A DNA stretch of 63,244 nt, counting the filler, from Octopus bimaculoides (Eukaryota): NCBI RefSeq assembly GCF_001194135.2. It is 4 parts of 4 records of this genome, joined end to end, with 100 filler letters (N's around TTAATTAATTAA, not from the genome) between each part and the next. Parts side by side here need not be neighbours in the genome. Positions count along the whole stretch, not along the records: positions 1 to 15,076 come from NC_068996.1; positions 15,177 to 30,032 come from NC_068989.1; 2 more parts are not named here. One strand, given 5' to 3'. The translations under genes and the position numbers were made by a program. Below the pieces are notes generated by a model that worked only from the letters and a program-made list of their open reading frames with translations, ran no database searches and was not told the DNA's origin. Shown here in pieces: positions 12,252-25,091 of this stretch; positions within the stretch are counted from its first letter, which is position 1, and each line of letters starts with the position of its first letter.

Positions 12252-12627
12252 TGGCACTCCGTCGCTTACGACGACGAGAGTTCCAGTTGATCCGATCAAC
12301 GGAACAGCCTGCTCGTGAAATTAACGTGCAAGTGGCTGAGCACTCCACAGACACGTGCACCCTTAACGTAGTTCTCGGGGATATTCAGCGTGACACAGTG
12401 TGACAAGGCTGGCCCTTTGAAATACAGGCACAACAGAAAGAGGAAGTAAGAGTGAGAGAAAGTTGTGGTGAAAGAGTATAGCAGGGTTCGCCACCATCCC
12501 CTGCCGGAGCCTCGTGGAGTTTTTAGGTGTTTTCGCTCAATAAACACTCACAACGCTCGGTCTGGGAATCGAAACCGCGATTCTATGACCGCAAGTCCGC
12601 TGCCCTAACCACTGGGCCATTGCGCCT
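12252..12627 (-). mobile_element. Family C SINE with a longer internal segment
   Basis: Reverse complement colinear with 4099-4416 at both ends. Confidence 0.88.
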
Positions 12628-12764
12628 CCTAAAAATTACGAACGACCATAATCAACTTTCGAAACTTATAGTGTTCCAAACAGAAGCCTCCACGTCATTC
12701 TCCATGACATATAAACGACTGAAATAAGAACACTGACCATGAAGGGGACGCTGGTCTGTTGCAG

Positions 12765-12960
12765 GGTGCAAGGCCAGCAATTCTGAGGAGGCTAATCGAT
12801 TACATTGATTCAAGTACTTCATTGGTATTTTATTTTATTAATCCTAAACGGATAAAAAAGTTGATCTCAACAAGATCTGAATTCAGAACGTAAATTCAGC
12901 CGGAAGAAATGACGCTAAACATTTTATCAAACGTGCAAACGATTCTGCCATCTCGCCTCC
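12765..12960 (-). mobile_element. Family B SINE, diverged
   Basis: Homology to the cluster copies. Confidence 0.75.
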
Positions 12961-14370
12961 TTGTGTGTGTTATTATTTGGTTTCATTTCTAGATTTATCG
13001 TCAATAGAGAAAGGGCCGGTTTCTCACCAAAGCTCCTTCATTGGAAATTCAAAATCAACAGTTTATTTGTGCATGCATCAAGTGTTTGGAGTCAGTACAT
13101 GCATGTTTTGATTTATCTATGCATAATCCTACATATATTTGCGCGTATAGATATGTGAATATGTGACTTAAATGCTATACTTTCAGAAAGTTTTACGTAT
13201 TTTTACGGTAGCCTTGATGGCTTCTATGTTTTTCTTCTAATTAGCTTTCTTCTTTCTCTTTTAAGAACCCGAATTTCTCAAGATTGAGGAAGTTCGTTAC
13301 ATACCCCAGTGCCTCAATAATTACAACTGTAAATCTGAACTTGTAATCCGGGTGGAATAGCTGTAAGTTTCTTGATAGTTCACTGTAGGTGTTTGCTTTC
13401 TCGCTGATTTTTAGCTTTATGCTGACATCTGGTGGGCAGCTGATTTCCACTACTGTTCATAGTTTCTCTTCTCTGTCCCAAATCATTATGTCTGGTCTAT
13501 TTTGTTAGCATTTTATCGCGTTTTCATCAGAACATTCCACGAGTACTCTTGCATATCATGAGTGGTTATGGCCTCTACCATACTGTAGATACTTATTTCT
13601 GTGGCTTCAGGGTTATCCTTCCGACGTATCTCATTATGCTGTGTCCTAGCAACAACATCATGTCTCATTGGTAGACAATACCGTGATGACATTTTAGAAC
13701 AACTACTAATGGTGTGGGTGATATCTTCGGTGTTGACTCTACAAAGTCTGCATCGATTATCGCATTTTGATGCTTTTACTGTGTCACTGTTGCTTTTGTA
13801 CATCAGGAATTTGGTCCCTTTTTCTTGTACCGGTATTGCAAATACTTACAAAATTAGAACTAGTTAATTCGGCTGTTGGGTCATGATAGACTGCTTTGAT
13901 TACATTGTGCGACACGATTTTGTCTTTGGGTAGAAACATATTTCCTATTTGCTTACTTTTAGAAAGTATGAAAATGGCTTATATTTCCTTCAATTTTTTC
14001 TTTTGTTACATTTATTAAAACTCCAAAGAATCCTTCTCAACACATGACTATGATGCTCCCCCACTACTCCTGCTCATGATCAGAGATGCCTATATTGTCA
14101 GCCTCTATGGGATATGCTCAAGTGGTTAAGGTCAAGCAACTGACAAATAAATCTGTGGTATTGAGCAGAATATTTGCTATAACGATATTTCTGTTTCAGC
14201 AACTCAGCGCTGAATCTGTCTAAAATGTAATAGAAAATAGGTTAGTTTTAAAACATTGATGTCCAGGTCACAAAAGCAAAGTTTGAAGGGAATGGTGGTC
14301 ATTTCCTTCTATTCCTAGATAGAAACAAATTGGAAATAACACTTTTTGACTAAAGACAAAATAATAATAA

Positions 14371-14460
<90 letters not shown>

Positions 14461-14800
14461 AAAAGATAGAAATTTTGTTTCACAATGATATCAATGTTGC
14501 CGTTATCCTGGAGCTTTCGACTAACTTATCCATGCATGGTCTTCTGCTGAAATGCACTTATCGTTTCATCTGACGATAAGGTGCGGTCATGTATCACCTT
14601 TGGCCATGTATTCAAGGTCGTGAGACGGAATGTTTCTCAAGAAACTGCTTTTTAAGTTTCATGACGTTATGTTCTTCGTGTATGTAAACTCGGTAAAGCG
14701 ATGCACTTTGACACATAGTGGTTAAAAGATTAAAGATGTTACCGCGAGGGATATGATGTAATATTCAAAAGCATCCTAGATCAATGTCCAGCTTTTTCGC
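12960..14800 (-). mobile_element. R4/Dong-clade (restriction-like endonuclease) non-LTR retrotransposon 3' portion, interrupted between about 13875 and 14465
   Basis: QQKTMHG..SRKLQDNGNID (about 14470-14560), CRLCRVNTEDITHTISSC zinc knuckle, RHDVVA, EISCP..K..EK...Y, IEALG, then a 3' UTR shared with 32840-33035. Confidence 0.82.
14360..14460. repeat. (AAT)n microsatellite
   Basis: Direct reading. Confidence 0.97.
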
Positions 14801-14911
14801 CTCCCGGTTTTCGTTTCAGGCTAAAGTTGTTCACGGTCACTGTTGGCTTGGAAATTATTTGCACTCATCAGTATCGTTCGGGTTCTCTGTCTGTCTGCCT
14901 CTCTCTCTCTC

Positions 14912-14981
<70 letters not shown>

Positions 14982-15120
14982 ACGTACACACATGCTTGCA
15001 CACGCACACGCACATACATACATGAATACATACAAAAATATATAATTGCGTGCTTAAAGCCTTGTGTTTATATGTANNNNNNNNNNNNNNNNNNNNNNNN
15101 NNNNNNNNNNNNNNNNNNNN

Positions 15121-15132
15121 TTAATTAATTAA
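15121..15132. other. Artificial TTAATTAATTAA linker inside an N-gap (assembly join 1)
   Basis: Identical 12-mer centred in three gaps of about 100 bp; it gives stops in all six frames. Confidence 0.9.
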
Positions 15133-15624
15133 NNNNNNNNNNNNNNNNNNNNNNNNNNNNNNNNNNNNNNNNNNNNTTTAATTATATGTATTTATTCTAT
15201 CCTAATAAATAATAATTCGGATAGAATGAATGGGTTAATAGAAACCAAGGTAGCAAAGATCACAAAATAAATGTTCCCATGCATTTCCCTGAGGAGAAGT
15301 TTACATTTTTAACATCGCCGATTCCTATACATCGCATAAATTGTAATTCTTCGAAACATATGTCGGAATGAAAGTATGCAGTTATAACATGCGTTTTCTC
15401 CATTCTTTAAATTTTTATATATACATATATATATACATATAATGGGCTTCTTTCAGTTTCTGTCTACCAAATCTACTTATAAAGCTTTGGTCAACCCAAG
15501 GCTATAGTAGAAAACATTTGCCCCAAGGTACCATGCAATGGGACTGAACCCAGAACCATGTGATTGGGAATCAAGCTTCATACCAAGAACCATTTTAAAA
15601 TCCACTTACCAGCATAGATGCAGG

Positions 15625-15900
15625 AATGGAAGAGAGGCTTAGCAAATGCAGCCCTTATAGGATATCCAGCCCTTATAGGATAACCAGCTTTAGGGAACTC
15701 ACAACAAACGGTTTGGGTTTACACAGGGTTCCCGAGGTGATATTTTAACTTTGCTGTCACTTTGGCTGCTGTAGTTTCATGATTTTTAACTACAATATTT
15801 CTCACCATTTTGCAGTTCCGTTCTCTCAGAAAGATGCTTGGCAGACTAAGTTTTGTCGAGGTTTTGAAATGCTATCATGACTTTTGAGAAAGCACCTCTC
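15625..15900 (-). mobile_element. Tc1-like transposase relic (second HTH region)
   Basis: Minus frame reads RNIVVKNHETTAAKVTAKLKYHLGNPV*TQTV..KAG..RAAFAKPL. It contains a short tandem duplication cagcccttataggata. Confidence 0.7.
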
Positions 15901-15910
15901 AAAACATTAA

Positions 15911-16137
15911 CCCTTTAGCATTCAGATTATTCTACTCTTTTACTTGTTTCAGTCATTTGACTGTGGCCATGCTGGAGCACCGCCTTTAGTCGAGCAAATC
16001 AACCCCAGGACTTATTCTTTATAAGCCTAGTACTTCTTCTATTGGTCTCTTTTGCCGAACTGCTAAGTTACAGAGACATAAACACACCAGCATCAGTTGT
16101 CAAGCGATGTTGGGGAGACAAACACAGGCACACAAAC

Positions 16138-16196
<59 letters not shown>

Positions 16197-16535
16197 TACG
16201 ACGGGCTTCTTTCAGTTTCCGTCTACCAAATCCACTCACAAGACTTTAGTCAGCCCGAGGCTATAGTAGAAGACACTTGCCCAAGGTGCCACACAGTGGG
16301 ACTGAATCCAGAACCATGTGGTTGGTAAGCAAGCTACTTACCACACAGTCACACCTTGATTATTCAGATTGTTTTGAATTAATCATGCATTGTCTTGTAG
16401 TTTCAATTCTTTGATGCGATTGTTCATTTCTAGAATGACATTGTAAGGTAGGTGTGAGCTGCCAGATCTAGCTGGCTTGAACCTAAAACAGGTAGAACAT
16501 CTGGGTTTGATATGGTTTGCTTAAGTGTTGAAGAG
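15911..16535. mobile_element. piggyBac-like (TTAA-target) MITE split by a family A SINE
   Basis: TTAA-ccctttagca ... tgttgaagag-TTAA ends; SINE inserted at about 15934-16352. Confidence 0.5.
15934..16352 (-). mobile_element. Family A SINE, full length
   Basis: Colinear with 899-1319. A further head half lies at 15440-15585. Confidence 0.92.
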
Positions 16536-16849
16536 TTAAACAATTCAGCCATTTTTTTAATGATTGTATCTCCTGCCATCTGCACTCCAACAAGTTGTCC
16601 TCTTTGGTAATAAAAAAGGTCACATATTTTAACTCATTTAAATATAGAAAAACTGATGGGTTTATCATAAAGTACAAAACATGCGTGATGCCATGTCAGC
16701 ACATATTATGCAGACTGCAACAGTTTTGAAGTTGTCATATTGCCAATAAGAAAAGCAAAACGGTTGCATAAAAAGTGGTCTTGTTGTAATTTTGTCCAAC
16801 CATTGTACAATATATATATACAGGCATAGATTTAAATAAATAAATGAAT

Positions 16850-16864
16850 AAATTAATGTATGTG

Positions 16865-16948
<84 letters not shown>

Positions 16949-17092
16949 CACACACACACACATTATATATATATATATATATATATATAAACTTATATTT
17001 ATATCTATGTATACACATGCACACATACACACATGCATATATATATATATAGATACTTAAATTTATATGATGAATGTATATATGTATATATA

Positions 17093-17124
<32 letters not shown>

Positions 17125-17215
17125 CATATGTAATATCTATATACATACATACATATGTATATATATAAATATATATATATACACATATGTATATATATAT
17201 ATATGTGTGTGTGTA
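16850..17215. repeat. Compound (AT)n/(AC)n microsatellite
   Basis: Direct reading. Confidence 0.95.
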
Positions 17216-17983
17216 TAATGTAGATGTGTGATGAGATACACACCAAGAATTTGAATGGCTACTTGACTGTCATGTGGGAAGCAAATATTGGTGATGACAA
17301 GGGTAGTGGTGGTGGTGGTAGTGGTGGTCAAGAGAGTGGGTCATGACCATCAGAGGAGGGGGGAGCATTATCAAGCAATGGTGGTGGTTGAGGTGGTGGT
17401 GCTGGTGGTGCTGGTGCCAGTGTTGGTGGTGCAAAAAGAGCACCTGTGTGTGTGTGTATGTGTGTGTGCATATGTGCCACTTCTCTGCCACTACCACCAC
17501 CACCACCACACCGTTCTCACGACCTTCCCTGTGTGTAGCAAAGTCGGTGGGGTGGGTGAGTGGGCGAATGGGCTGAGAGAGAACCTAAAATAAATGTCCG
17601 TCAGCTGTGAGCAAATTTACTTTCCCCACCCCAGGGTCAATGGTACCCCAAACACCTGTTTGCTTAGTTCAAAATCCACCACCACCACCACTACCACCAC
17701 CACCACTACTAACATCACCACCACCACTACTACCACTAGCACCACCACCACTGACACCAACACCACTACCACCTCTTCCCAGCTCCTCTGAAGTCCTTAG
17801 GTCCATGTATGCGCATGTGTGTGTGTGTCTACGTGTACACGTATGTGTGAATATGTAGTTGTGCGTGTATGTGTGAATGTGTGTATGTATAGAGACATAC
17901 ATAAAGTTTTTATCATCATCATCATCATAATCATCATAATCATGGTTTTGACATTCACTTCTCCATGCTTACATGTGCGTGTG

Positions 17984-18020
<37 letters not shown>

Positions 18021-18100
18021 CATGTGTGTGTGTGTGCCCTTCCCAACGCCAACCACTCCGAGAGTGTAGTGGGTACTTTTACGTGAGATATGTATATATA

Positions 18101-18264
18101 CGACGGGCTTCTTTCAGTTTTTCTCTACCAAATCCACTCAAAAGGCTTTGGTCGGCCCGAGGCTATAGTGGAAGACACTTGCCCAAGGTGCCACGCAGTG
18201 GGACTGAACCCAGAACCATGTGTTTCGTAAGCAAGCTACTTACCATACAGCCACTCCTGCACCT
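18101..18264 (-). mobile_element. Family A SINE head half, 60 bp upstream of the RECK-like exon
   Basis: Reverse complement of the family A head. Confidence 0.9.
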
Positions 18265-18323
18265 AAATGTTTAAGATTCATATCATATAGCTATATTTTT
18301 CTTTTTTTCTTTCCTTTGTACAG

Positions 18324-18406
18324 TTTTCCGGAGTTTACAGTCCTGGCCTGGAAGAGTTTGCTGTGATAAAAGTTTCCAAGCATCATGTTCTGCTGCTTGT
18401 CCAATT
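18324..18406 (+). CDS. RECK: Internal coding exon of a RECK-like gene (second CC/cysteine-knot domain)
   Basis: Long polypyrimidine acceptor (tttttcttttttttctttcctttgtacag) and GTAAGT donor at 18407. The 83-nt exon (phase 1 in, phase 0 out) reads (V)FRSLQSWPGRVCCDKSFQASCSAACPI. This has the same W-x-G-x-x-CC-x7-C-x3-C spacing as human RECK GVFKKSDGWVGLGCCELAIALECRQACKQ, which from recall is an 86-nt exon with the same phases. No other RECK exon was found in the window; they may lie in gaps. Confidence 0.72.
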
Positions 18407-18504
18407 GTAAGTTGTTTGTTTACCTATTTATATTTTTATTTTTTTCAGTTTCAGCTCAGAGCTGTGGCCATGCTGGGGCACCGCCGTTTTGCTACACTGT
18501 TATT

Positions 18505-18850
18505 ATTGAGAGCCTTCTCTAATATGTGGAATTTGGTGAAAAGGGAAGTTTGATGTCGCTACCCTCATTTGCTCCTCTTGCCACGAGGTATGATCATCTG
18601 GGACTCTCGACATGAAGAGATCCAGTTTTGATTTGAAAACACCTATGTCCATTTTGTGTAGGTTCCTCAGGCTCTTTGGGAGAATATTAAAAAGCTGTGG
18701 GCCCGTGAAACCCAGGCTGTTGCAGTAACTGGCCCTGAAGTGCGATGGCATTGTTGGGATCTTTGGCACTGTGCAGTGTTGACCTGTTCTGGTATTGGTG
18801 TAGCTTTCGACATCAAAATTGTTTGTTGTCTACACCACCTGTCTTCATCT
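18505..18850 (-). mobile_element. CR1-group (CR1/L2/Crack-like) LINE 3' end
   Basis: GPQLFNILPKSLRNL..FKSKLDLFMSRVPD..R.ATSN. Confidence 0.78.
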
Positions 18851-18908
18851 TCTGTTTTTTTTGTGAATTCTCCGTATATATATATATGTATGTATGTATG
18901 TATGTATA

Positions 18909-19069
18909 ACGCAGGAATGGCTATATGGTAAGTATCTTGCTTACCAACCACATGGTTCCAGGTTCAGTCCCACTGCATGGCACCTTGGCAAGTGTCTTCT
19001 ACTATAACCTTGGGCTGACCAAAGCCTTGTGAGTGGATTTGGTAGACGGAAGCTCAAAGAAGCCTGTTG

Positions 19070-19112
<43 letters not shown>

Positions 19113-19135
19113 TTGTATGTCTGTGTTTGTCCCCC
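18909..19135 (+). mobile_element. Family A SINE head half plus microsatellite, downstream of the RECK-like exon
   Basis: Inverted relative to 18101-18264. Confidence 0.9.
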
Positions 19136-20093
19136 CACCATCAATCTACCTGTGTATCTTCCCATCTATCTACCTGTTTTTACCTGTATGCCTTACCATT
19201 AATGTACTTGACAATTAATCCACCTATCTACCTGTCCATCAGACCATCAATGTACCTGTCTATTTATCCATCTTTCTAGCTGCATGCCTCACTTTTTAGC
19301 TATCTGTCCACCTATTCCTTAATCTGTTCACCTGTCAATCTGTCTACTAGTCTATCTGTCTATTTAGCCATCAATCCACCTGTCTGATAAATTATCTACC
19401 TGACAATTCAATCTTCTATCCACCTGGATATTTATCCATCTGTCTACCTGATTACCTGGCAATCCAAATACCTGTGTATTTGACCCAACAATATATCTGT
19501 GGACCAGTCCATCTATTTTTTTATCCTTCCTCTCTTTTATACAAGCTCTCGCCTTCATTCATTCATTCATTCATTCCTTCTTTCTTTCTTTCTTTCTCTC
19601 TTTCCATCTCCCTTGCCTTTTCTTTCTTTCTCTCTCTTTCCTTCTCACCCCTTCTCATTCTCCAACCCCACCATCAATCTCTCATTACCCCACGATATTT
19701 GCTGCCAACCCCTCCTAATATATAATATCACTAGGACCCACAACCGCACCACCCCTAATACACCCCACCCATTCTTTAACCGACTCCCCCCCGCCTCCAC
19801 TCTTACATCCACCCAGCTCAGTCACAACACACACCTCCATGCTAGGTTGATTCACCAGTAATAACATTTTGACAGCTAAAGCAACTCTCCCTCTCTCATT
19901 CAATCTCTCTCTCTTTCTCTCTCTCTCTTTCTCTCTCTCTCTCTTTCTCTTCCCCTAATTATCCCTACTTCTAGCATGCTGGCATCCTTCCTTGTACCCT
20001 GATACTTTTAAACACATCATGGGGTATCTGTACCTGACATTCTGAAATACTCAGCATCTGGAGTACCTGGTGAACTTTATTCCACTACAAGTA

Positions 20094-20138
<45 letters not shown>

Positions 20139-20287
20139 GACACATACATACACATATATGTATGCATATATATGTGAGTGTATGTCTATGTGTGTGTCTG
20201 TATGTACTCTGTATGCATATGTGCAATTTGATATGTGTACGTGTTGTTCTGTCCACTGCCCCAACCACATATTATATACATCAATAT

Positions 20288-21150
20288 CATCATCATCATC
20301 ATCGTTTAACGTCCGCTTTCCATGCTAGCATGGGTTGGACGATTTGGCTGAAGGCTGGCAAGCCAGGAGGCTGCACCAGGCTCCGATCTGATCTGGCAAG
20401 ATTTCTACAGCTGGATGCCCTTCCTAACNNNNNNNNNNNNNNNNNNNNNNNNNNNNNNNNNNNNNNNNNNNNNNNNNNNNNNNNNNNNNNNNNNNNNNNN
20501 NNNNNNNNNNNNNNNNNNNNNNNNNNNNNNNNNNNNNNNNNNNNNNNNNNNNNNNNNNNNNNNNNNNNNNNNNNNNNNNNNNNNNNNNNNNNNNNNNNNN
20601 NNNNNNNNNNNNNNNNNNNNNNNNNNNNNNNNNNNNNNNNNNNNNNNNNNNNNNNNNNNNNNNNNNNNNNNNNNNNNNNNNNNNNNNTATATATCATCAC
20701 CTTCATCTTCATCGTTCAACGTCTACTTTCTATGCTGGCATGGGTTGGACGATTTGGCTGAAGGCTGGCAAGCCAGGAGGCTGCACCAGGCTCCGATCTG
20801 ATCTGGCAAGATTTCTACAGCTGGATGCCCTTCCTAACACCAACATCTCAGAGAGTATAGTAGGTGTTTTTTATGTGTCACTGGCACAGGGATCAGTCAG
20901 GTGGCATTGGCTTCGACCATGCTCAAATGGTGCGTTTTACATGCTACCATCATGGGAGCCAGTCAGGCGGCACTTGCATTGACCATACTCAAATAGTGCT
21001 TTTTAATGTGCCACCAGCACTGGCATCAGCCTTGCTCGAATGGTGCTTTTTACGTGTCACTGCCACAGATGCCAGTCAGGCGGCACTGACATCAACCACA
21101 ACTACGATTTCACTTGACTCAACAGGTCTTCTTAAGCAGAGCATATTGCA
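20288..21150 (-). mobile_element. Family E short RTE-associated non-autonomous retroelement ((CAT)n tail; ggttggcgttaggaagggcatccagc motif), present on both sides of a gap
   Basis: Related copies at about 23095-23245, 26170-26420, 29100-29290, 30930-31140, 33075-33235, 36390-36670, 40195-40380 and 44580-44735. Confidence 0.8.
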
Positions 21151-22639
21151 CTACGATTGAAGAGTACTTTTAAACGTAGTGCAATATGCTCTGNNNNNNN
21201 NNNNNNNNNNNNNNNNNNNNNNNNNNNNNNNNNNNNNNNNNNNNNNNNNNNNNNNNNNNNNNNNNNNNNNNNNNNNNNNNNNNNNNNNNNNNNNNNNNNN
21301 NNNNNNNNNNNNNNNNNNNNNNNNNNNNNNNNNNNNNNNNNNNNNNNNNNNNNNNNNNNNNNNNNNNNNNNNNNNNNNNNNNNNNNNNNNNNNNNNNNNN
21401 NNNNNNNNNNNNNNNNNNNNNNNNNNNNNNNNNNNNNNNNNNNNNNNNNNNNNNNNNNNNNNNNNNNNNNNNNNNNNNNNNNNNNNNNNNNNNNNNNNNN
21501 NNNNNNNNNNNNNNNNNNNNNNNNNNNNNNNNNNNNNNNNNNNNNNNNNNNNNNNNNNNNNNNNNNNNNNNNNNNNNNNNNNNNNNNNNNNNNNNNNNNN
21601 NNNNNNNNNNNNNNNNNNNNNNNNNNNNNNNNNNNNNNNNNNNNNNNNNNNNNNNNNNNNNNNNNNNNNNNNNNNNNNNNNNNNNNNNNNNNNNNNNNNN
21701 NNNNNNNNNNNNNNNNNNNNNNNNNNNNNNNNNNNNNNNNNNNNNNNNNNNNNNNNNNNNNNNNNNNNNNNNNNNNNNNNNNNNNNNNNNNNNNNNNNNN
21801 NNNNNNNNNNNNNNNNNNNNNNNNNNNNNNNNNNNNNNNNNNNNNNNNNNNNNNNNNNNNNNNNNNNNNNNNNNNNNNNNNNNNNNNNNNNNNNNNNNNN
21901 NNNNNNNNNNNNNNNNNNNNNNNNNNNNNNNNNNNNNNNNNNNNNNNNNNNNNNNNNNNNNNNNNNNNNNNNNNNNNNNNNNNNNNNNNNNNNNNNNNNN
22001 NNNNNNNNNNNNNNNNNNNNNNNNNNNNNNNNNNNNNNNNNNNNNNNNNNNNNNNNNNNNNNNNNNNNNNNNNNNNNNNNNNNNNNNNNNNNNNNNNNNN
22101 NNNNNNNNNNNNNNNNNNNNNNCACCACCACTGCTACTGCTGCCCCTCCCGCCTCATCACAATCCTAACAGTATTTACATATCATTTCCCCTGTAGACAC
22201 CAATTGCCATTTCCCTAACAACCACCACCACAACTACCACTGGCAACCACCATGTCTGTACTGCTTCCCATACATCAAAAAAAAAATCACTGCTTGTACC
22301 ATCACTACTACCACCACCACAACCACCACCACCACCGCCGCCACCACCACTACTTCTCTACATTCACACACACACACACACATGTGCGTGCACAACCACA
22401 AATGTCTTTTTTTTGAAGTTTAGTACTCAACGTATTGGTCCGTTATTTTTTGCGGAACTGCTAAATTCTGGGAATGTAAACACACCAACACTAGCAGCAA
22501 GGGACAAAACACACACACAAAAACACATACACAATGATGTATACATAAAGAGAAAGCAAGAGAGAGCGGGAAAGAGAGAGAAGTTTTCCACAAAAGCTGT
22601 CTCAGAACAATCTGCAGTTATTCACTAAAAGACAGTGTC

Positions 22640-23090
22640 TAATGTCGACCTGTCTAGCAAGCGTCAGATTGGCAGAATTGAGAGCTTCCTTATGCAGTTG
22701 CAATTGTGCTGACCTGGCCATATTGTCAGAGTGAATGACAAAAGAATCTCCAAAGTTCTCATGTACAGCCAGCTTAACAGTGGGGGCCCAGGAATGTTAG
22801 TCGACCATGGCCCAGATATAAGGACAAGCTGAAGAGTAACCCCTCCGCAGTTAATACAGCTCACAATACGTTTGAGCAAACGACTTTAGAGTGAACAAAA
22901 TGGAGATTATCATGTCAAAATGGTATCAGAGACAGTTTCACCCAGCATTAACAGGCTTAGGGGTTCAAGGAAAAGGAGAAAAGCAACAGTAAATATACTA
23001 CCTGAACTGGCCTGTAATCCTCATCCTTGTAACATCTGCAGGCTTCTTTGCAAATCGTTGGTGGGATTCAAATGTCACATTTGATATAAG
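22640..23090 (+). mobile_element. RTE (BovB-like) LINE C-terminal relic
   Basis: QL..GHIVRVNDKRISKVLMYSQL..RP..RYKDKLK..KWR, followed by a terminal C2H2-like CNICRLLCKSLVGFKCHI. Confidence 0.78.
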
Positions 23091-23241
23091 CATTATGACT
23101 GACAAAAAAAGGTGTGCATTGTTGGACCATCATGTCGAAACCAACAGTAAGAGTCCATCATGTGGCACGTTAGAAAATCATTTGAGCAAGGCCGTTGCCA
23201 GTGCCACTGGACTGGCTCCTGTACAGGTGGCATGTAAAAAA

Positions 23242-23274
<33 letters not shown>

Positions 23275-23461
23275 TGTATAATGAAAGCAGCTATACTCAG
23301 TATAAAACCAAAAAGTTCAATTGTCACTAGTTGTAAATGAGGGTGCAAGACAGCACCTACATTGCTAGAAATAAGAGCTAAAAAGCCATTACAGCCACAA
23401 GAAGCATATACTTTATATACTGACAGGGGAGATAACTGCCCCACAGTGAATGAGATCACTA

Positions 23462-23565
23462 TACAATAATCCCTTGACTACCGCGGATGTTACGTTCTAA
23501 GACCCCACCACCACCACCACCACAATAGGTGAAAATCCATGAAGTAGAAACAGTACTGTCCTGTA

Positions 23566-23620
<55 letters not shown>

Positions 23621-23845
23621 TGCATATTTTGTACATATTTATTTTATTATAAATGCAAAACAGCACTACGGAAGAATTAATGTAAGCTTATGAACCATGA
23701 TAGGTGAACCATGATAGGTGAACCACAATAGGTGAACCATGATAGGTGAACCACGATAGGTGAACCACGATAGGTGAACCACGATAGGTGAACCACTATA
23801 AGTGAATCATGGTAAGTGAACTGCAATATGCCAGACTCATCAGTA
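23462..23845. mobile_element. TcMar-Tigger/pogo-like MITE with internal (ATT)n and a 14-bp tandem array
   Basis: Left end tacaataatcccttgactaccgcgg resembles Tigger TIRs; the right end is decayed. Confidence 0.55.
23691..23830. repeat. 14-bp tandem array (tgaaccaYgatagg) x about 10
   Basis: Read directly; the last three units are diverged. Confidence 0.95.
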
Positions 23846-25050
23846 ATGACTACATCATCACTGGATGGTTAAGCTAAATCCCAACCGTCATTATATATAT
23901 TTACCATATGAATTTACGGATGGTTTAAATATGCATGAATGCAACAGGCTTCTTTTGGTTTCCATTTACCGTCTCCATTCACAAGGTTTTGGTTGGCATG
24001 AGGCTGTGGCAGAAGACACTCACTCATGGTGCCACCTGGAACCATATGGCTGAGAAGCAAATTCCTTAAGACACAGCCTAGTTTTATAGGCATATTCCTC
24101 AGAATTCCTATTCTGTTTTTCACACATTCACTTGTTTAGGTTGAATTATGTAAAATATTTGAGAAAGAAACCCAGCTGTTTCTTGCAAGAAATACATCAA
24201 AACCAAAATATCTTCATGGACCCTTGATACGCTACTGTGGGTCCCCAATTTAATATTTTGGCCCCACCAAAATGTTACATGAAATCACATGGATTACATG
24301 AGCCCCAGTCGAGAAACCTAGCTTTATAGGCTCAGTCGAGCATCGACAAACAGCTTCGAAATCTTCTTCCTCGTATCACACAACATTACATTTTACACAT
24401 GGAAAAAGACATTAGGATTATGTAATCCTAGATAAACTATGCCTGAAAAGAAAAAGAACCCTGATAAACAAAAGTCAAGATAGGATAGATATTGCTTGTA
24501 CACCTTTGATCACAGACAGATCTGCTCATTTAGGATTGACCTGGGGTTAAACAACATCACTATAAACCCTCACCCCTAACAAACACACTCCCCCATTCCA
24601 CCCCCTTTCATTCCCATTTACAGAAAGCATCTGGAATTGGTAAGGAGGATACATAAAGCTATTTCACTCTATCTTTTACCCTCTTGTTTCCACCCCTCCT
24701 GCTTCCCCTGGCATAGTGAGATCTTAATGTTCAGTAGGGGTGTGCAGGGGGGTAGATTAGGAACAGGGGTGGATTTGTAATTCCTGTTTGCTGGCTGGTA
24801 ACTAACTGCCCCACCCTCAGGCATTCAACCCTGCTACCAGAGAAAACATGGTGCTTTTATCTTAAAATCTTCTGGCATTTCAGATACACAACATCTGGAC
24901 AGACACCCTGGCTATCTTAAGATGCCAGTTGTTGCTATATATACATACACACATACTTATATGTATACATATATACATACATGCCTATATGTATACATAT
25001 ATACATACATGCCTATATGTATACATATATCTATATCTATATATATATAT

Positions 25051-25091
<41 letters not shown>

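Noticed and set aside
15601-15612. Minus-strand GTAAGT donor suggesting a host exon
   Set aside because: The upstream sequence is a Tc1 transposase relic with an in-frame stop.
20288-20840. Tandem duplication of a family E element around the 20429-20688 gap
   Set aside because: Both sides share the same private variants, so this is most likely one locus assembled twice as overlapping contig ends.
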